A stretch of DNA of 64,000 nt from Utricularia gibba (Eukaryota > Plantae > Magnoliophyta): contig NEEC01000008.1 in the NCBI GenBank assembly GCA_002189035.1, positions 62,001 to 126,000 on the forward strand, in the 5' to 3' direction. Position numbers and translations under genes: made by a program. This document shows positions 26,096 through 38,325 of the stretch, one piece after another. Positions within the stretch are counted from its first letter, which is position 1. Every line of letters starts with the position of its first letter. The notes under the pieces were generated by a model that ran no database searches, had not been told where the DNA came from, and saw nothing but the letters and a program-made list of their open reading frames with translations.

Positions 26096-27284
26096 GAAAT
26101 AATAGCACGCCATCTCTGAAATGGAACCCGTGTCGTTCTCTGTCCTGTCCGAAGACACCGCACCGCAAATCACCGTCGCTTGCGTGCTGTAGCCTTGAGC
26201 GTAGGTTAGACTGTGGCGGTAAAGGGCAACCATTTTCTTGTCGTAGGCCTGGGCCGATACCAAATCCCACGTTATGCAAATTGCGATGTGGGCTCCGCCG
26301 GCCGCTGCCTTCACTCATCTTACGTCAAGGAAGGATGCGCTTGCAGGGACTTTGCCTTGCCACTGCTACCGATTAGTCATTACTAAGAAATAGCGCGTAT
26401 CAGTTTACTTGCCGCAAGGCTTCTGGGCTGCATATTATTTCCCATGTGTTGAAAAACGGGGCATCTCCATTATTTGGATTTGGCTATCTTTTGTTGGTTG
26501 ATGATATCTGGAGAATCAGAAGCAATATCACAAAAACGAAAGAGAAATAATTGGGGTTTTATTGTCCTCGTATCTCATCAAATTGATAATCACTCCACCA
26601 AGAATCTAAATATTTGACGAAATCCAAAACTCCCAAACCCAATCAACAGATCATTCCACCACAAGGTTGTGTTATCATCGCAATCCAGAAGATAAAAGAC
26701 AAATGTAACGGATGCTATAAATACTATTATACAATACAGGTAAAGAATACTTGAACAAAATTATTGAATTACAAAGCTTTCTCCTCAAAATACGTCAAAG
26801 CACTTGATGTTCTTGCTTAACTCCAAACACTTGTTACAGCTTTGTAGTATGTATGAGTTGGATGACGCAAGCGGGTCTTCACATCTCAATTTCTCATTCT
26901 TATTCCTTGTCCGCCCGCTGAACTGAAGGGTTTCCTTGAGCACTAAAGCAGGAAGAGACTTGGAGTTGGTTAACGGTCAGCACCGGACGTCTCCTTCCAA
27001 TATCTGTATCTTGAGGATCAGCTAAGCCCTATGCCCTATGCCCTATGGCGAGGCGTAACGACAGGTGATTTCAGTAAAGAAAGTTACCGGAGTAGTTCAC
27101 GTCAGCATAGGGCATAAGTGACCATGTCTGGGTGTCCTCAACGGAGGAAAATGTCTGTACGCACACTTGACGCATGAAGGCCACGTTGTTTCGAGAGTTG
27201 GTGTTTATCGCATATTGCATATCTTCAATCATAAATGAATATGCTAATGCTCTTGGCAACTGATCTGTCCATCTGCCAACAAGG

Positions 27285-27311
27285 GAAGAAGAAGAAGAAG
27301 AAGAAGAAGAA
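27285..27311 (+). repeat. (GAA)9 microsatellite
   Basis: Visible directly, just upstream of the USP core ATG. Confidence 0.9.
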
Positions 27312-27333
27312 GGAATTGGAATTGATATCACCG

Positions 27334-28085
27334 ATGAAGGTGCTGGTGCCACTGGATGAGGGTGAGGAGAGCTTCTACGCCCTGCAATGGACGGTGGATC
27401 AAATCCTCCGGTATTCCCCCTCGGGTAGGACGGAGGAGGAGGAAGACCCCGTCACGCTACTCCACGTCTACCCGCCGTTTCAACCCTTCGTCTACCCCGC
27501 CGGACCAGGCACGCACCCTACTCACACACTTCCTAACATAACTGTTCGCATCCATTTTTCCGTACAAGTTCTCTCAATCGTAGCTTTTCTTGATGTCTAC
27601 ATACGCCGTAGTGGTCTACGCTACTCCAGCGATGATTCACTCTGTGAACAACGCACAAAAGGAGAAGGCCACGACCATCCTCTCCCGAGCGCTACACATC
27701 TGCAAGAACAAAAATGTATGAGCTTCCATTTGAGAGAGATTCTGTCTTTCTGCTGTGTGCATCACATTTTTAATCATTCGATTCAGGTGAAGGCAGAGAC
27801 TCTGATTCTGGAAGGTGATCCTAAGTACAAGATATGTGAGATCGCGGAAGAACTGCAAGTGGATCTAGTCGTTCTCGGCAGCCGTGGACATGGAGCCATA
27901 AAAAGGTCTCCGCTTGATGCCCATTGTGCACATTTGTGATGTCGTAAGAGACGAACAGAGTTTGTTGAGTGACAGCAAAAAATGGTCTCAGGGCGTTTTT
28001 GGGAAGCGTCAGCAGCTACTGCGCGCACAACCTCCACTGCCCCGTCCTCATTGTGAAGCTGCCGCCGGCAACCGCTATGGGATGA
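27334..28085 (+). CDS. Universal stress protein A-like (4 exons: 27334-27508, 27612-27715, 27787-27905, 27992-28085; possible upstream start at 27241)
   Basis: MKVLVPLDEGEESFYALQW, GDPKYKICE, VVLGSRGHG, AFLGSVSSYC...CPVLIVK. Exon phases are consistent if intron 1 is GC-AG. Confidence 0.92.
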
Positions 28086-28770
28086 ATCTGAATAAGAGGA
28101 TCGAAGTGTAGATGTCTGGAACTCCAACTACTAATGACTCATGAATAAAAGTTCATCCATAAACGCAATAAAACGCTCTTATCAATCACACCTTAGTCCA
28201 GTTCGAGATCCCAGTTCGTACCACGATTTTGAGAGGAAGGGTAATGATCAATTTGGATCCGAGACCATCATTTCACTCCACCAACTTCGCATCCGAGGAA
28301 AAAACTTCATTCTTCTAGTGTATTAATATTGTTTTTGTCGTCGTCTTCGTCGGTCGATCATAGTAGTCACGGGTGTGCTCACCAGGGTCTGTGGGCTGTG
28401 TGGTGGAGGTTTCTCCAGCGGTTTCACCTCAGGGGCATTGCCTCCAGTCAAAGAATGAACAAATGTAGCATTCAATGCCAAGCTTTACTGGGCAATCGAA
28501 TGAAGAGGGCATCAACGAGGCTCAACACGGTGCAAGATACTTGGAAGAAGAACCAACAAGCGTTAAAGCGGTGCAAGATCTTTCCAGCCCTTTGAGTCCC
28601 GACCCATTTTAGAAATAAATCTTGATAGAATAAGCTTGTAAGTAGATAGGGACGTCAAAAATGGTGTGGGATTCTTGGCTATAGAAAAAACGATACCGAA
28701 TTTTGCTTATAAAATGGGTGGGTGAGGAGCCAAACGTACCTTCAAGGTTTCTAGAGGTAGCAGGAAAAAG

Positions 28771-30986
28771 ATGGAAATGGTGAAGAGAAAACAAGGGGGC
28801 ATGATTACCATGCCCTTCATCTTTGGTAAGCTTCTTCTTCTTCTTCATCCGGTTTTGGTCTTCATCGACAGATCTCCGGTAACGCAGAGTTTCTTGTGCC
28901 CTTTGCAGCTAATGAGGCCTGTGAGAAACTGGCTGTTGTGGGTTTCAGCACGAACATGATCAGTTACTTGACAGCTCAGCTACACATGCCCTTAACGGAG
29001 GCCGCCAATACTCTGACTAACTTCGGAGGTACGGCGGCCTTGACGCCGCTGCTCGGTGCTTTTATCTCCGACGCCTTCGCCGGGCGGTTTTGGACCATAA
29101 CAATTGCATCTATCGTGTACCAAATTGTTAAGTTTCTGCCTTCGCTCCTTGGTAAATAAGCTTCTTCTTGTTTTTATCCACTAGCAAGTAACAGAGTGTT
29201 GGTTTAGCAGGGGATGATCAGCTTGACGCTATCCGCAGTTTTACCAAAGTTAAGGCCACCTCCATGTGGAAACGATGATATGTGTAAGGAAGCGAATTCA
29301 GGTCAGCTTGCGATCCTGTATATTTCCCTGCTCTTGACGGCATTAGGCTCCGGCGGTATCCGTCCATGCGTGGTGGCGTTCGGGGCCGACCAGTTCGATG
29401 AAAATGATCCCAAACAGAAGACCACAACATGGAAGTTCTTCAACTGGTACTATTTCTGCATGGGGGCTTCCATCCTGCTGGCGAACACGGTGGTTGTGTA
29501 CATTCAGGATAACGTTGGATGGGGTCTGGGGCTCGGAATCCCGGCAATCGCGATGGCGCTATCCATCATCGCCTTTGTATTCGGATACCCCTTGTACCGG
29601 AAGCTCGATCCAGCCGGCAGTCCATTCACGCGACTGATTCAGGTGGCGGTGGCGGCATTCAAGAAACGGAGGATGGTTGTCACTGATCATCGAAGCCTGT
29701 ACCAAAATGAGCATCTTGATGCAGCCATTTCTCTGGGTGGAAAACTGGTGCATACCGATAGCTTGAGGTAAGTTTTCTTTGCGAGTTTCCATTGAATTGG
29801 TGACTGAAATGTGCTGGTTCAATAATTGAAGTGTCCCAGCAGCGTGAGGGAATTGTCGAGGCATCTGCATTTTCTTGCTAGAAAACAAGAGATGATGTCC
29901 TGGCTGCTTCCTCTTGTCTCTTTCAAGCAATCCCCTTATATGACAATCACCAAACCTTAACCCGTGCATCCTGTCTGAAGTCTGGCTCTTAGATTTTATT
30001 TATTTATTTTAATAGGGTTTCTTCTTTTCATTAGATTGGATTTACGTGCTTTTGTTTTGCACAGTTTTCTGGACAAGGCGGCCATTGTTACGGAAGACGA
30101 AGATCCTAAGGCTCCGAATCTATGGAAACTCAGCACCGTTCACCGCGTCGAAGAACTGAAAACACTGATAAGAATGGGACCAATTTGGGCTGCCGGGATC
30201 CTCATCATCACCGCCTCCGCTCAGCAAGGCACCTTCTCCTTACAACAGGCCAGATCCATGAACAGACATCTCTCCAAAAACTTCCAATTCCCCCCTGCAT
30301 CCATGAGCGTATTTACCCAGACGTCAATGCTATCTACCATCATCTTCTACGACCGCGTTTTCGTCCCGATTGTGCGGCGCTTCACCGGCAAAGAACGCGG
30401 GATCTCGTTCTTGACGAGAATGGGAATCGGATTCGTGATATCTCTAATGGCTACTCTGGTTGCCGGGTTCGTCGAGATTAAGCGTAAGCAGGCTGCGATT
30501 TCACATGGGCTGATCGATGAACCTCACACCACGATCCCCATTTCGGTGTTTTGGCTAGTGCCGCAGTACTGCTTGCACGGGATCGCGGAGGCGTTTATGG
30601 CGATCGGGCATCTGGAGTTCTTCTACGATCAGGCGCCGGAGAGTATGAGAAGCACCGCGCCGGCGCTTTTCTGGATGTCGATTTCGGCGGGAAGTTACAC
30701 GAGTACGCTGCTGGTGAGTTTGGTGCATAAGTACAGCGGCGGGCCCGGCGGCAGAGGCAACTGGTTGCCGGATGGGAATTTGAATAGGGGGAAGTTGGAG
30801 TATCTATATTGGCTAATTACTTTGTTGCAGTTGGGTAATCTCGTGTATTATCTCTTTTGCGCCAAGTTGTACACTTTCAAGCCCGTTCAGGTGCACCAGT
30901 CGGAAGCGGAAGTGGAGCAAGATGGCGAACAAGTAGTTGTTGGAGAACGAGGAGGCCGCCCCCGCCCCCGTGGCCCTGTAGTGTAG
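28771..30986 (+). CDS. NPF3.1: NRT1/PTR family transporter, NPF3.1-like (exons 28771-28825, 28909-29126, 29211-29767, 30065-30986)
   Basis: GGMITMPFIF/ANEACEKLAVVGF (ExxEK motif), GSGGIRPCVVAFGADQFD, FFNWYYF, EFFYDQAPESMRS. Canonical GT-AG introns. Confidence 0.93.
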
Positions 30987-31621
30987 TGTAGCCCCCCAAG
31001 CCACACCCTCGCCTCGCTTTGGCTATGAAATATGGTTCTCTCTTGTCACTCACTATGCTTGAAATCCTCTAACATGAATAACAAATGCATTAAAGCAGTG
31101 AATTTCTGGGACGAAATCTGTAATTTTTGTGAATTCCATTCCATTCCACCACCAGCTATTATATGCTATTAAATGGTTGTCAGAAGCGGTTCGGCTCGGC
31201 TCTCCTCCGATGGACGCATGTGCCTGCCATCTTGTTTGTCCTGTCCCCGTGACCTGGACCGCTGAGCTGAGCTGAACTTGTCTCTCTCTCTCAACTACGT
31301 GGAATCAGCTCCCTCTACACATACGGATTAACGAAGATTATCTGATAAACGAAGCAGCTTTACAGTGCAGTGCATTACAGTTGGTTCTCCCATGAGAAAT
31401 ATGGATGTGGGGTGGGGTGCGCAGCCAAGTCAATGACTGTGACAAGTGTCAATCGAAACCGGGCTCCATTCCCACATGGAACTTTTATTGTGGCTTACGG
31501 TACTGGTATGCGCCTCATACATCATCAAAACAAAAAAAAAAAAAAAAAGCATTTTTTGTTTTTTGTTTTCCTTTGCCTGTCTCGCAAAGAGGAAGAAGAA
31601 GAAGAAGAAAAAAGAGGCCAA

Positions 31622-32130
31622 ATGGTGAAGAGTGCAGAGAGAGGGAAGCACACACTTGCTGCTCTGGAGTCATTATCGCTGCCGGTGGTGAGAAGCCCAC
31701 CCCCTTCTGAAAATGCGTGCAGTGACTGGGTGTGGTGATTTTGGTTTTGGAATGCTTTTCCTAGGTACATCAAGTGGTGGTGTCGGCTGATTTAGGGTGC
31801 AGGAGTTGCAGGGAGAGAGTGGCTCGGATCATCCACAGAATGGGGGGTAAGGTTTCAGAGTTCAGTGGCGGTGGCGGTGGCGGATCCAGCTGCGTCTGCC
31901 ACCGTGGTGAAATTTCTTCATTCCCATGCCACCATGATAAAACTCTAAACTTACATGTAGGCGATACCCGGTCACTGGAGATCAGCGTCCTGGACAAGAC
32001 AGTAACATTCACTTGCACCGTGGATGCCATTGCCATTCCTCGACAAGCACCAAGCAGCAGCAATGTGGGCTCAAGGTGTTTCTGGAGGTGCGCCTCCTGG
32101 TTGCCTTCTTGTGCTGGAGGAGATGTGTAG
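31622..32130 (+). CDS. Small heavy-metal-associated (HMA) domain protein (exons 31622-31687, 31765-31846, 31961-32130)
   Basis: The spliced product LESLSLPV-VHQVVVSADLGCRSCRERVARIIHRMG-GDTRSLEISVLDKTVTF has a CxxC HMA motif. GT-AG introns keep the frame. Confidence 0.8.
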
Positions 32131-32798
32131 ATACCCAAATATAAATGTAAGAAGCCCAATGACGAGGCCCATTTTGGTGATTAATCACGGGCCAGCCCAG
32201 GTCACCTCCGGCTCGAGATTCTGATTGGGCTCGAAAGGGCCTGGGCCATTTCGATTGTTTCCCAAAATAGCATTGAAGAAAAACAAATATTGATCAACAT
32301 CTAATCGAATCCGCGTTAACTCAAAACTCCGCGAACATTTCTCCCCAGCCAACTTGAGGAATCACCGGCGATCCTTGCCTTTGGTGAATTACTCTCTGCT
32401 CCTATCTGAGTTGCAAATTTTTTTTCTGTGGTAATCCTAGGCATCTGCCTGATTTTTCTGGTGTTGCTGGTGAGCAGATCTGGAGTTGTTTTTGTTGCTT
32501 TTGATTCACAGTCATTTCTTATGGATTGTTGCGAACGAGAACTTCATCTTCCTCGCCATGTTATTCTTTATTGTTTTCTTTTTATCATCCTCGGTAGGCC
32601 TATTTGTTACGGAACCCGACGATTGATTTATGTAGCCTAAATGGACTGATAATTTTTTTCTGGAATGAGATGATCCCGTCGTTAGATTTTTTTTGAAGTT
32701 TAATCGGTAATGCGCTGATAAATGCACTCTTTTTCTTTTTTCTTTTTTTTTGTCTTCCAAGTGATTTACTGGGAACGTACAAACGATTCTGAGCCACG

Positions 32799-35700
32799 AT
32801 GGCCATGCTGGATGAGCCGTTATACCCAATTGCTGTGTTGATTGATGAGTTAAAGAATGATGACATCCAACTACGGTTGAATTCTATCCGGAGACTATCC
32901 ACCATTGCTCGGGCTTTGGGTGAGGAAAGGACTAGGAAGGAGTTGATCCCGTTCTTGAGTGAAAACAACGACGATGATGATGAGGTGTTGCTCGCTATGG
33001 CTGAAGAACTGGGGGTCTTTATTCCATATATTGGTGGAGTTGAGCATGCTCATGTGTTGCTTCCTCCGCTTGAAACACTTTGTACAGTGGAGGAGACATG
33101 TGTGAGAGATAAAGCGGTTGAGTCCTTGTGTCGGATTGGGTCTCAAATGAGAGAAAGTGATTTAGTTGACACATTTATCCCTCTGGTCAAGGTGCGATAT
33201 GGTTTTCTCTTTTAATCATACTCTGTTGTAAACCCTTTTTGATTCAAGTTTCATAATTAATATGTGCTTTTTGATGTGTTACATCTTTTTAGTTGCAAAT
33301 ATGCGATTTTCTTAGTTTCTTTTGGATTCTGTTTCTGTGAGTGTTATACCTGCTAGATCTCCCTATCCTTAACCGCATGTAGCATCTTATCACTCACAAG
33401 TGATTGCAGCTGCTCTGACTTTCATATTTTCACGTTTGTTTATATATTGGAGTTGATTTTTCTGTTAACTACAGAGGCTGGCAGCAGGTGAGTGGTTTAC
33501 TGCACGTGTCTCTGCCTGTGGGTTATTTCATATTGCTTATCCCAGTGCAACAGACATGCTGAGGACTGAAATGAGATCAATATATAGTCAGTTGTGTCAA
33601 GATGATATGCCCATGGTGAGAAGGGCTGCTGCAACAAATTTGGGGAAATTTGCTGCCACTGTTGAACCTCCCCATCTGAAGACTGACATAATGTCTATGT
33701 TTGAAGACCTAACCCAGGATGGTACGTTAAAAAGTTTCGTGATATGATTTCTCATGTGAAGGAAAATTGTCATATGCAAATAATAGCCTTTCAGTAAATA
33801 CCCAGAAGATAATTGGTGGTTTTGGCCACAAAAAGTAATCTAATGAATGCTTATTTCCAGATCAAGATTCTGTTCGATTATTGGCTGTTGAGGGTTGTGC
33901 TGCTCTCGGGAAGCTGTTGGAGCCTCAAGATTGTGTTGCTCATATTCTGCCTGTGATTGTCAACTTTTCACAGGTACTGGTCTAAAATATCTTCTTTTTC
34001 TTTTAAAGATCGCTGACTATTCTTTGAGAGCACTTGTCTTTTCTACTCCAGCTGGATGCAGTTATTCATTTTAATTCACCTGTTAATTAATCACCAGGAT
34101 AAGTCGTGGAGGGTCCGCTATATGGTTGCTAATCAATTGTATGAACTCTGTGAGGCAGTGGGACCTGAACCTACCAGGTATTTGCTGGTTTATCATCCTA
34201 ATTTTCGCATGACATTCTCCTTCATCAGAAGTTTGTTGGAGTAATTTCTGAGGCTCTCTTCAATCACGTATTCAAGGATGGATTTGGTTCCTGCTTACGT
34301 TCGGTTGCTTCGAGATAATGAAGCAGAAGTTCGTATTGCAGCAGCTGGAAAAGTCACAAAATTTTGCCGCATTCTTAGTCCAGAGCTTGCTGTTCAGCAT
34401 ATTCTTCCTTGTGTAAAGGTAGCGTGGAGTTTCTTTGAATTTTATGGTTGGGTTTGCCTGACATTTAACTTGGGTTGTTTGCTTTCAGGAATTATCATCC
34501 GACTCTTCACAACATGTAAGGTCTGCATTGGCATCTGTTATAATGGGAATGGCTCCAGTACTAGGCAAGGTGAAAACACTTCTATCTGTTTTATTTTTTG
34601 GCCAGGATTTTGCTTCATAGAAGCCTATTTCTCACGAGAGAATGCCTCTTATTCCAAGTGTCCATTAAATAGACAGTATTTCTGTCATGTAGCTTATTTT
34701 CTTGTTCATGGACTTCCTAAGTGATGATACTTTGAGTGATAGTGCTTTACTGGGCTTATTATCTTCCTTCATCATAAGTGTTGCGTTTATGATTTGAGCA
34801 GGATGCAACATTTGATCAGCTCTTGCCGATATTTCTCTCCCTCTTGAAAGATGAATTTCCTGATGTTCGCCTCAATATCATCAGCAAGCTCGATCAAGTC
34901 AATCAGGTTTGTGATATACACACCATTTGTCAACTTCCAGTTGGCGAGTTTCCATTAGTTCACCCACCACATGTCATTCCTATTGCAGGTTATTGGCATT
35001 GATCTATTGTCTCAGTCGTTATTACCAGCGATTGTTGAGCTTGCAGAGGATAGGCACTGGAGGGTTCGCCTAGCTATTATAGAATATATACCTCTCTTGG
35101 CAAGTCAGTTGGGTGTGGGCTTTTTTGACGAAAAGCTTGGTGCCCTTTGCATGCAGTGGTTGCAAGACAAGGTTGTTTAACAATGAAGTTATTAACTGTA
35201 ACAAATAATTTTTTCATAATATGTTTGGGGAAAGAACTCTAAAATCTCAATTTTTGGCAGGTTTACTCCATTCGTGATGCTGCTGCAAATAATTTGAAAC
35301 GCCTTGCGGAGGAATTTGGTCCAGAATGGGCAATGCAGCACATAGTCCCTCAGGTACGGGAATTCAGTCCATATGCGTCAACCTATTAGTCCACATCCGT
35401 CAACCTCTACCTTTCTTGACTTCCATATTTGACACTTTCAGGTTCTAGACATGATAAACAATCCTCATTATTTGTACCGGATGACTGTTCTCCAAGCAAT
35501 TTCGTTGCTCTCTCCCGTTATGGGAGCAGAGATAACTTGCTCCAAATTATTGCCAGTGATTGTCAAGTCTTCTAAGGACAAGTAGTTCTTCCCCCCACCT
35601 CCCCAGTTTTCATCCGCACACATTGTTCCTGCTAACATCTCCCACTGCTTGCTGTTTCACTACAGGGTGCCCAACATCAAGTTTAATGTAGCTAAAGTAC

Positions 35701-35947
35701 TGCAGTCCATGATACCCATTGTTGACCCATCTGTGAGTAAACCCATCCATCCAGACATCATATACGCACATCCAGGTGGATGTGGATGTGTATGTGTATG
35801 TGTTTCAGAAACTCCGATTTCGTGTAGGTTGTGGAAGGAACACTGCGCCCCACCCTGTTGGAGCTCTCTGAGGACCCCGATGTAGATGTTCGTTTCTTCG
35901 CCAATCAAGCACTTCAATCCACAGACACTGTGATGATGTCGAGCTAG
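32799..35947 (+). CDS. PP2AA: Protein phosphatase 2A 65-kDa scaffolding A subunit (12 coding exons)
   Basis: [33 protein letters not shown] through [14 protein letters not shown] and [14 protein letters not shown]. All introns traced are GT-AG and in frame. Confidence 0.97.
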
Positions 35948-36444
35948 GTGAGATTACCTCTTGTTCATTCATCGGCCGGGATTTCTTCACCCGTTTTCAG
36001 GTCTTTTTTTTTTTTTTTCCGTGTTGCTTGCATGGCGTGGACTTGGTTGGCCTTGCAGCTGTGAATTCAGTAGATGGTAGCTTCTGAAACGAAACCGAAC
36101 TTGTAGCTGTGATTAATGAATGATTCGAGAAGATCGTTGTACGCTTCAGCTGTAGTCGATGGCGTTGGCGTCTTGTGTGAGTGTTGGCCATTATTTCCAA
36201 CTTTATTGGAAGGCGTTCTCTGGGCTGGAGATCTACCCAAATGGGAGCTTCATCCGGAGTCCGTTGGCACTTGGCAGCGACGAGTGCAAATGGGCTTCCC
36301 CTGTTAGTAACTATTGGGCTGCCTGAGCCTTTGCTACATATTTTTAACAGAAAAAGAATTTTTTTTAAAAAAAACGGACTTCGAGCGTTTTCTTTTTTTC
36401 CTTTTTGACAGTGTTGACTGGGGTACTCTTTACGTTTCAAGTCA

Positions 36445-38325
36445 ATGTCGTTATGCCATGTTCGCATGCGTATCTTTGGCGCCTACATTGGGTCTCGAAG
36501 AAGATTTCCACTGAAATTTGGTCAGTCTTCTGCCAAAACCGCAGCAGTTTCTGTATTTGGGATTCCTAGAGAGGACCGCACTCTTAAGCGAGACGTGGCC
36601 AAGGCAAATTGGAAGATCACGGAGCTGTGCAAGGAGAGCCGAATTTGTGAAGCCCATCGGGTGTTCGATGGAATGCGTGAAAGGGATGTAATTTCCTGGA
36701 CTGCTTTGGTATCAGGCTACGTGAAGTGTGATCTTGTTGAAGAGGCGAGAGCATTGTTTGATAGAGTTGATGCCGTGAAAAATGTGGTTACTTGGACGGC
36801 GATGCTCTCTGGGTACTTGAGAACAAAGAGGATAGTAGAAGCACGGAGATTGTTCGATGAAATGCCTGTGCGAAATGTGGTGGCTTGGAACACTATGATG
36901 GATGGCTATGCCAAGAGTTGTATGATTGAGGAGGTGTTGGAGCTGTTCCAGAGCATGGAGGAGAGGAATGTAGTTTCGTGGAACATAGTGATTTCAGGGT
37001 TGATTTGCCGCGGAAGGCTAGAGGATGCCATGAGTTTCTTCAGTCAGATGCCGGAGCGTAATTTCTTTTCATGGACTATCTTGATATCTGGATTGGCACG
37101 AAACAGTAGAATTGATGAGGCTAGATTGGTGTTCGATCAAATGGCAGAACGAAACGTCGTGACATGGAATGTGATGATCAGAGGTTATATTCAGAATATG
37201 ATGTTGACTAAAGCTTATGCTTTGTTCCAGGCAATGAGTGAGAAAAATGTGCAAACCTGGAACATAATGATAGATGGCTTTATCCAAAACAATGAGCTCG
37301 AGAAAGCGAGGACTTTGTTCTGTGAGATGCCTTTAAAGAATTCTGTATCATGGACAACAGTGATAAATGGATTCGTTCAATGTGGCGAGTATGAGGAGGC
37401 ATTGAGAACGTTCTGCTCTATGCGCAAAGATGGAAGAGCAAGACCAAATGAAGGGACATTTGTAAGCGTTCTGAGTGCTTGTAGCAATGTAGCAAGTCTA
37501 AGCATAGGAATACAATTACACCAAGTAATAAACAAGAGTGTGTTTCAGGAAAGTGAGTTCTTGCTATCTTCGCTGATAAATATGTATTCTAAATGTGGAG
37601 AGCTAGAGAATGCTAGACGAATCTTCAACGAAGGACTGGCAAGAGATAGAGATTTGATCTTTTGGAACTCCATGATTGCCGCGTATGCCCACCACGGGCG
37701 CGGAATGGATGCCATTAACCTTTTTCAAGAAATGCAAGATTCAGCTTATAGGCCAAATGGTGCCACTTTTATTGCACTTCTCTCTGCTTGCAGCCATGCA
37801 GGTCTTGTGGAAGAAGGGTTGTATTTCTTTCAACTTCTTCTGAAGGATGAATCCATACAACTAAAAGATGCCCACTACACATGTATAGTTGATGTATGTG
37901 GTAGAGCAGGGCGCCTCGATGAGGCCATTGATCTCTTGTCAAGGCTTCCGGTTGTAGCGTCTTCGCATACACTTGGCGCACTTCTCTCGGGGTTCATCGC
38001 TCATGGAAAACCGGGTGTTGGGAAGATTGTGTTGGATGAACTAATGGCAGAGAAACCAGGAAAAGGTGGATTGCACGCCCTTGTTTGGAATGCATATAGG
38101 ATGAGCGGAAGGTGGGAAGAAGCCGGAGTGATGAAATCAAATATGAAGAGTGAAGGAGCGAAGAAACAGCCCGGGAGCAGTTGGGTTGAAGTTGGTAACA
38201 AATGCCATGTTTTCGTTGTAGGAAATAGCAGATGCCGAGAGGAAGATGAGATTCTGCACAGTTTGCTTCTGAATCTGCATAATGAAATGAAGAAATTCGG
38301 AGTGGAAGAACCTGTCATGTTTTAG
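36445..38325 (+). CDS. PLS-class PPR protein with E/E+ domain and no DYW; COD1 (At2g35030)-like mitochondrial editing factor
   Basis: Repeated RNVVSWN/RDVISWT motifs, SACSHAGLVEEG, HYTCIVDVCGRAGRL, KKQPGSSWVEV. Intronless 626 aa. Orthology is recalled from the N-terminal similarity and not searched. Confidence 0.9.
   Translation: MSLCHVRMRIFGAYIGSRRRFPLKFGQSSAKTAAVSVFGIPREDRTLKRDVAKANWKITELCKESRICEAHRVFDGMRERDVISWTALVSGYVKCDLVEEARALFDRVDAVKNVVTWTAMLSGYLRTKRIVEARRLFDEMPVRNVVAWNTMMDGYAKSCMIEEVLELFQSMEERNVVSWNIVISGLICRGRLEDAMSFFSQMPERNFFSWTILISGLARNSRIDEARLVFDQMAERNVVTWNVMIRGYIQNMMLTKAYALFQAMSEKNVQTWNIMIDGFIQNNELEKARTLFCEMPLKNSVSWTTVINGFVQCGEYEEALRTFCSMRKDGRARPNEGTFVSVLSACSNVASLSIGIQLHQVINKSVFQESEFLLSSLINMYSKCGELENARRIFNEGLARDRDLIFWNSMIAAYAHHGRGMDAINLFQEMQDSAYRPNGATFIALLSACSHAGLVEEGLYFFQLLLKDESIQLKDAHYTCIVDVCGRAGRLDEAIDLLSRLPVVASSHTLGALLSGFIAHGKPGVGKIVLDELMAEKPGKGGLHALVWNAYRMSGRWEEAGVMKSNMKSEGAKKQPGSSWVEVGNKCHVFVVGNSRCREEDEILHSLLLNLHNEMKKFGVEEPVMF

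Noticed and set aside
26284-26292. USE-like CCCACATCG on the minus strand (snRNA-type promoter)
   Set aside because: No TATA box at the expected spacing and no recognisable snRNA, 7SL or MRP sequence downstream.
27025-27047. (CCCTATG)3 short direct repeat upstream of the USP gene
   Set aside because: Too short to distinguish from a slippage product; no known motif.
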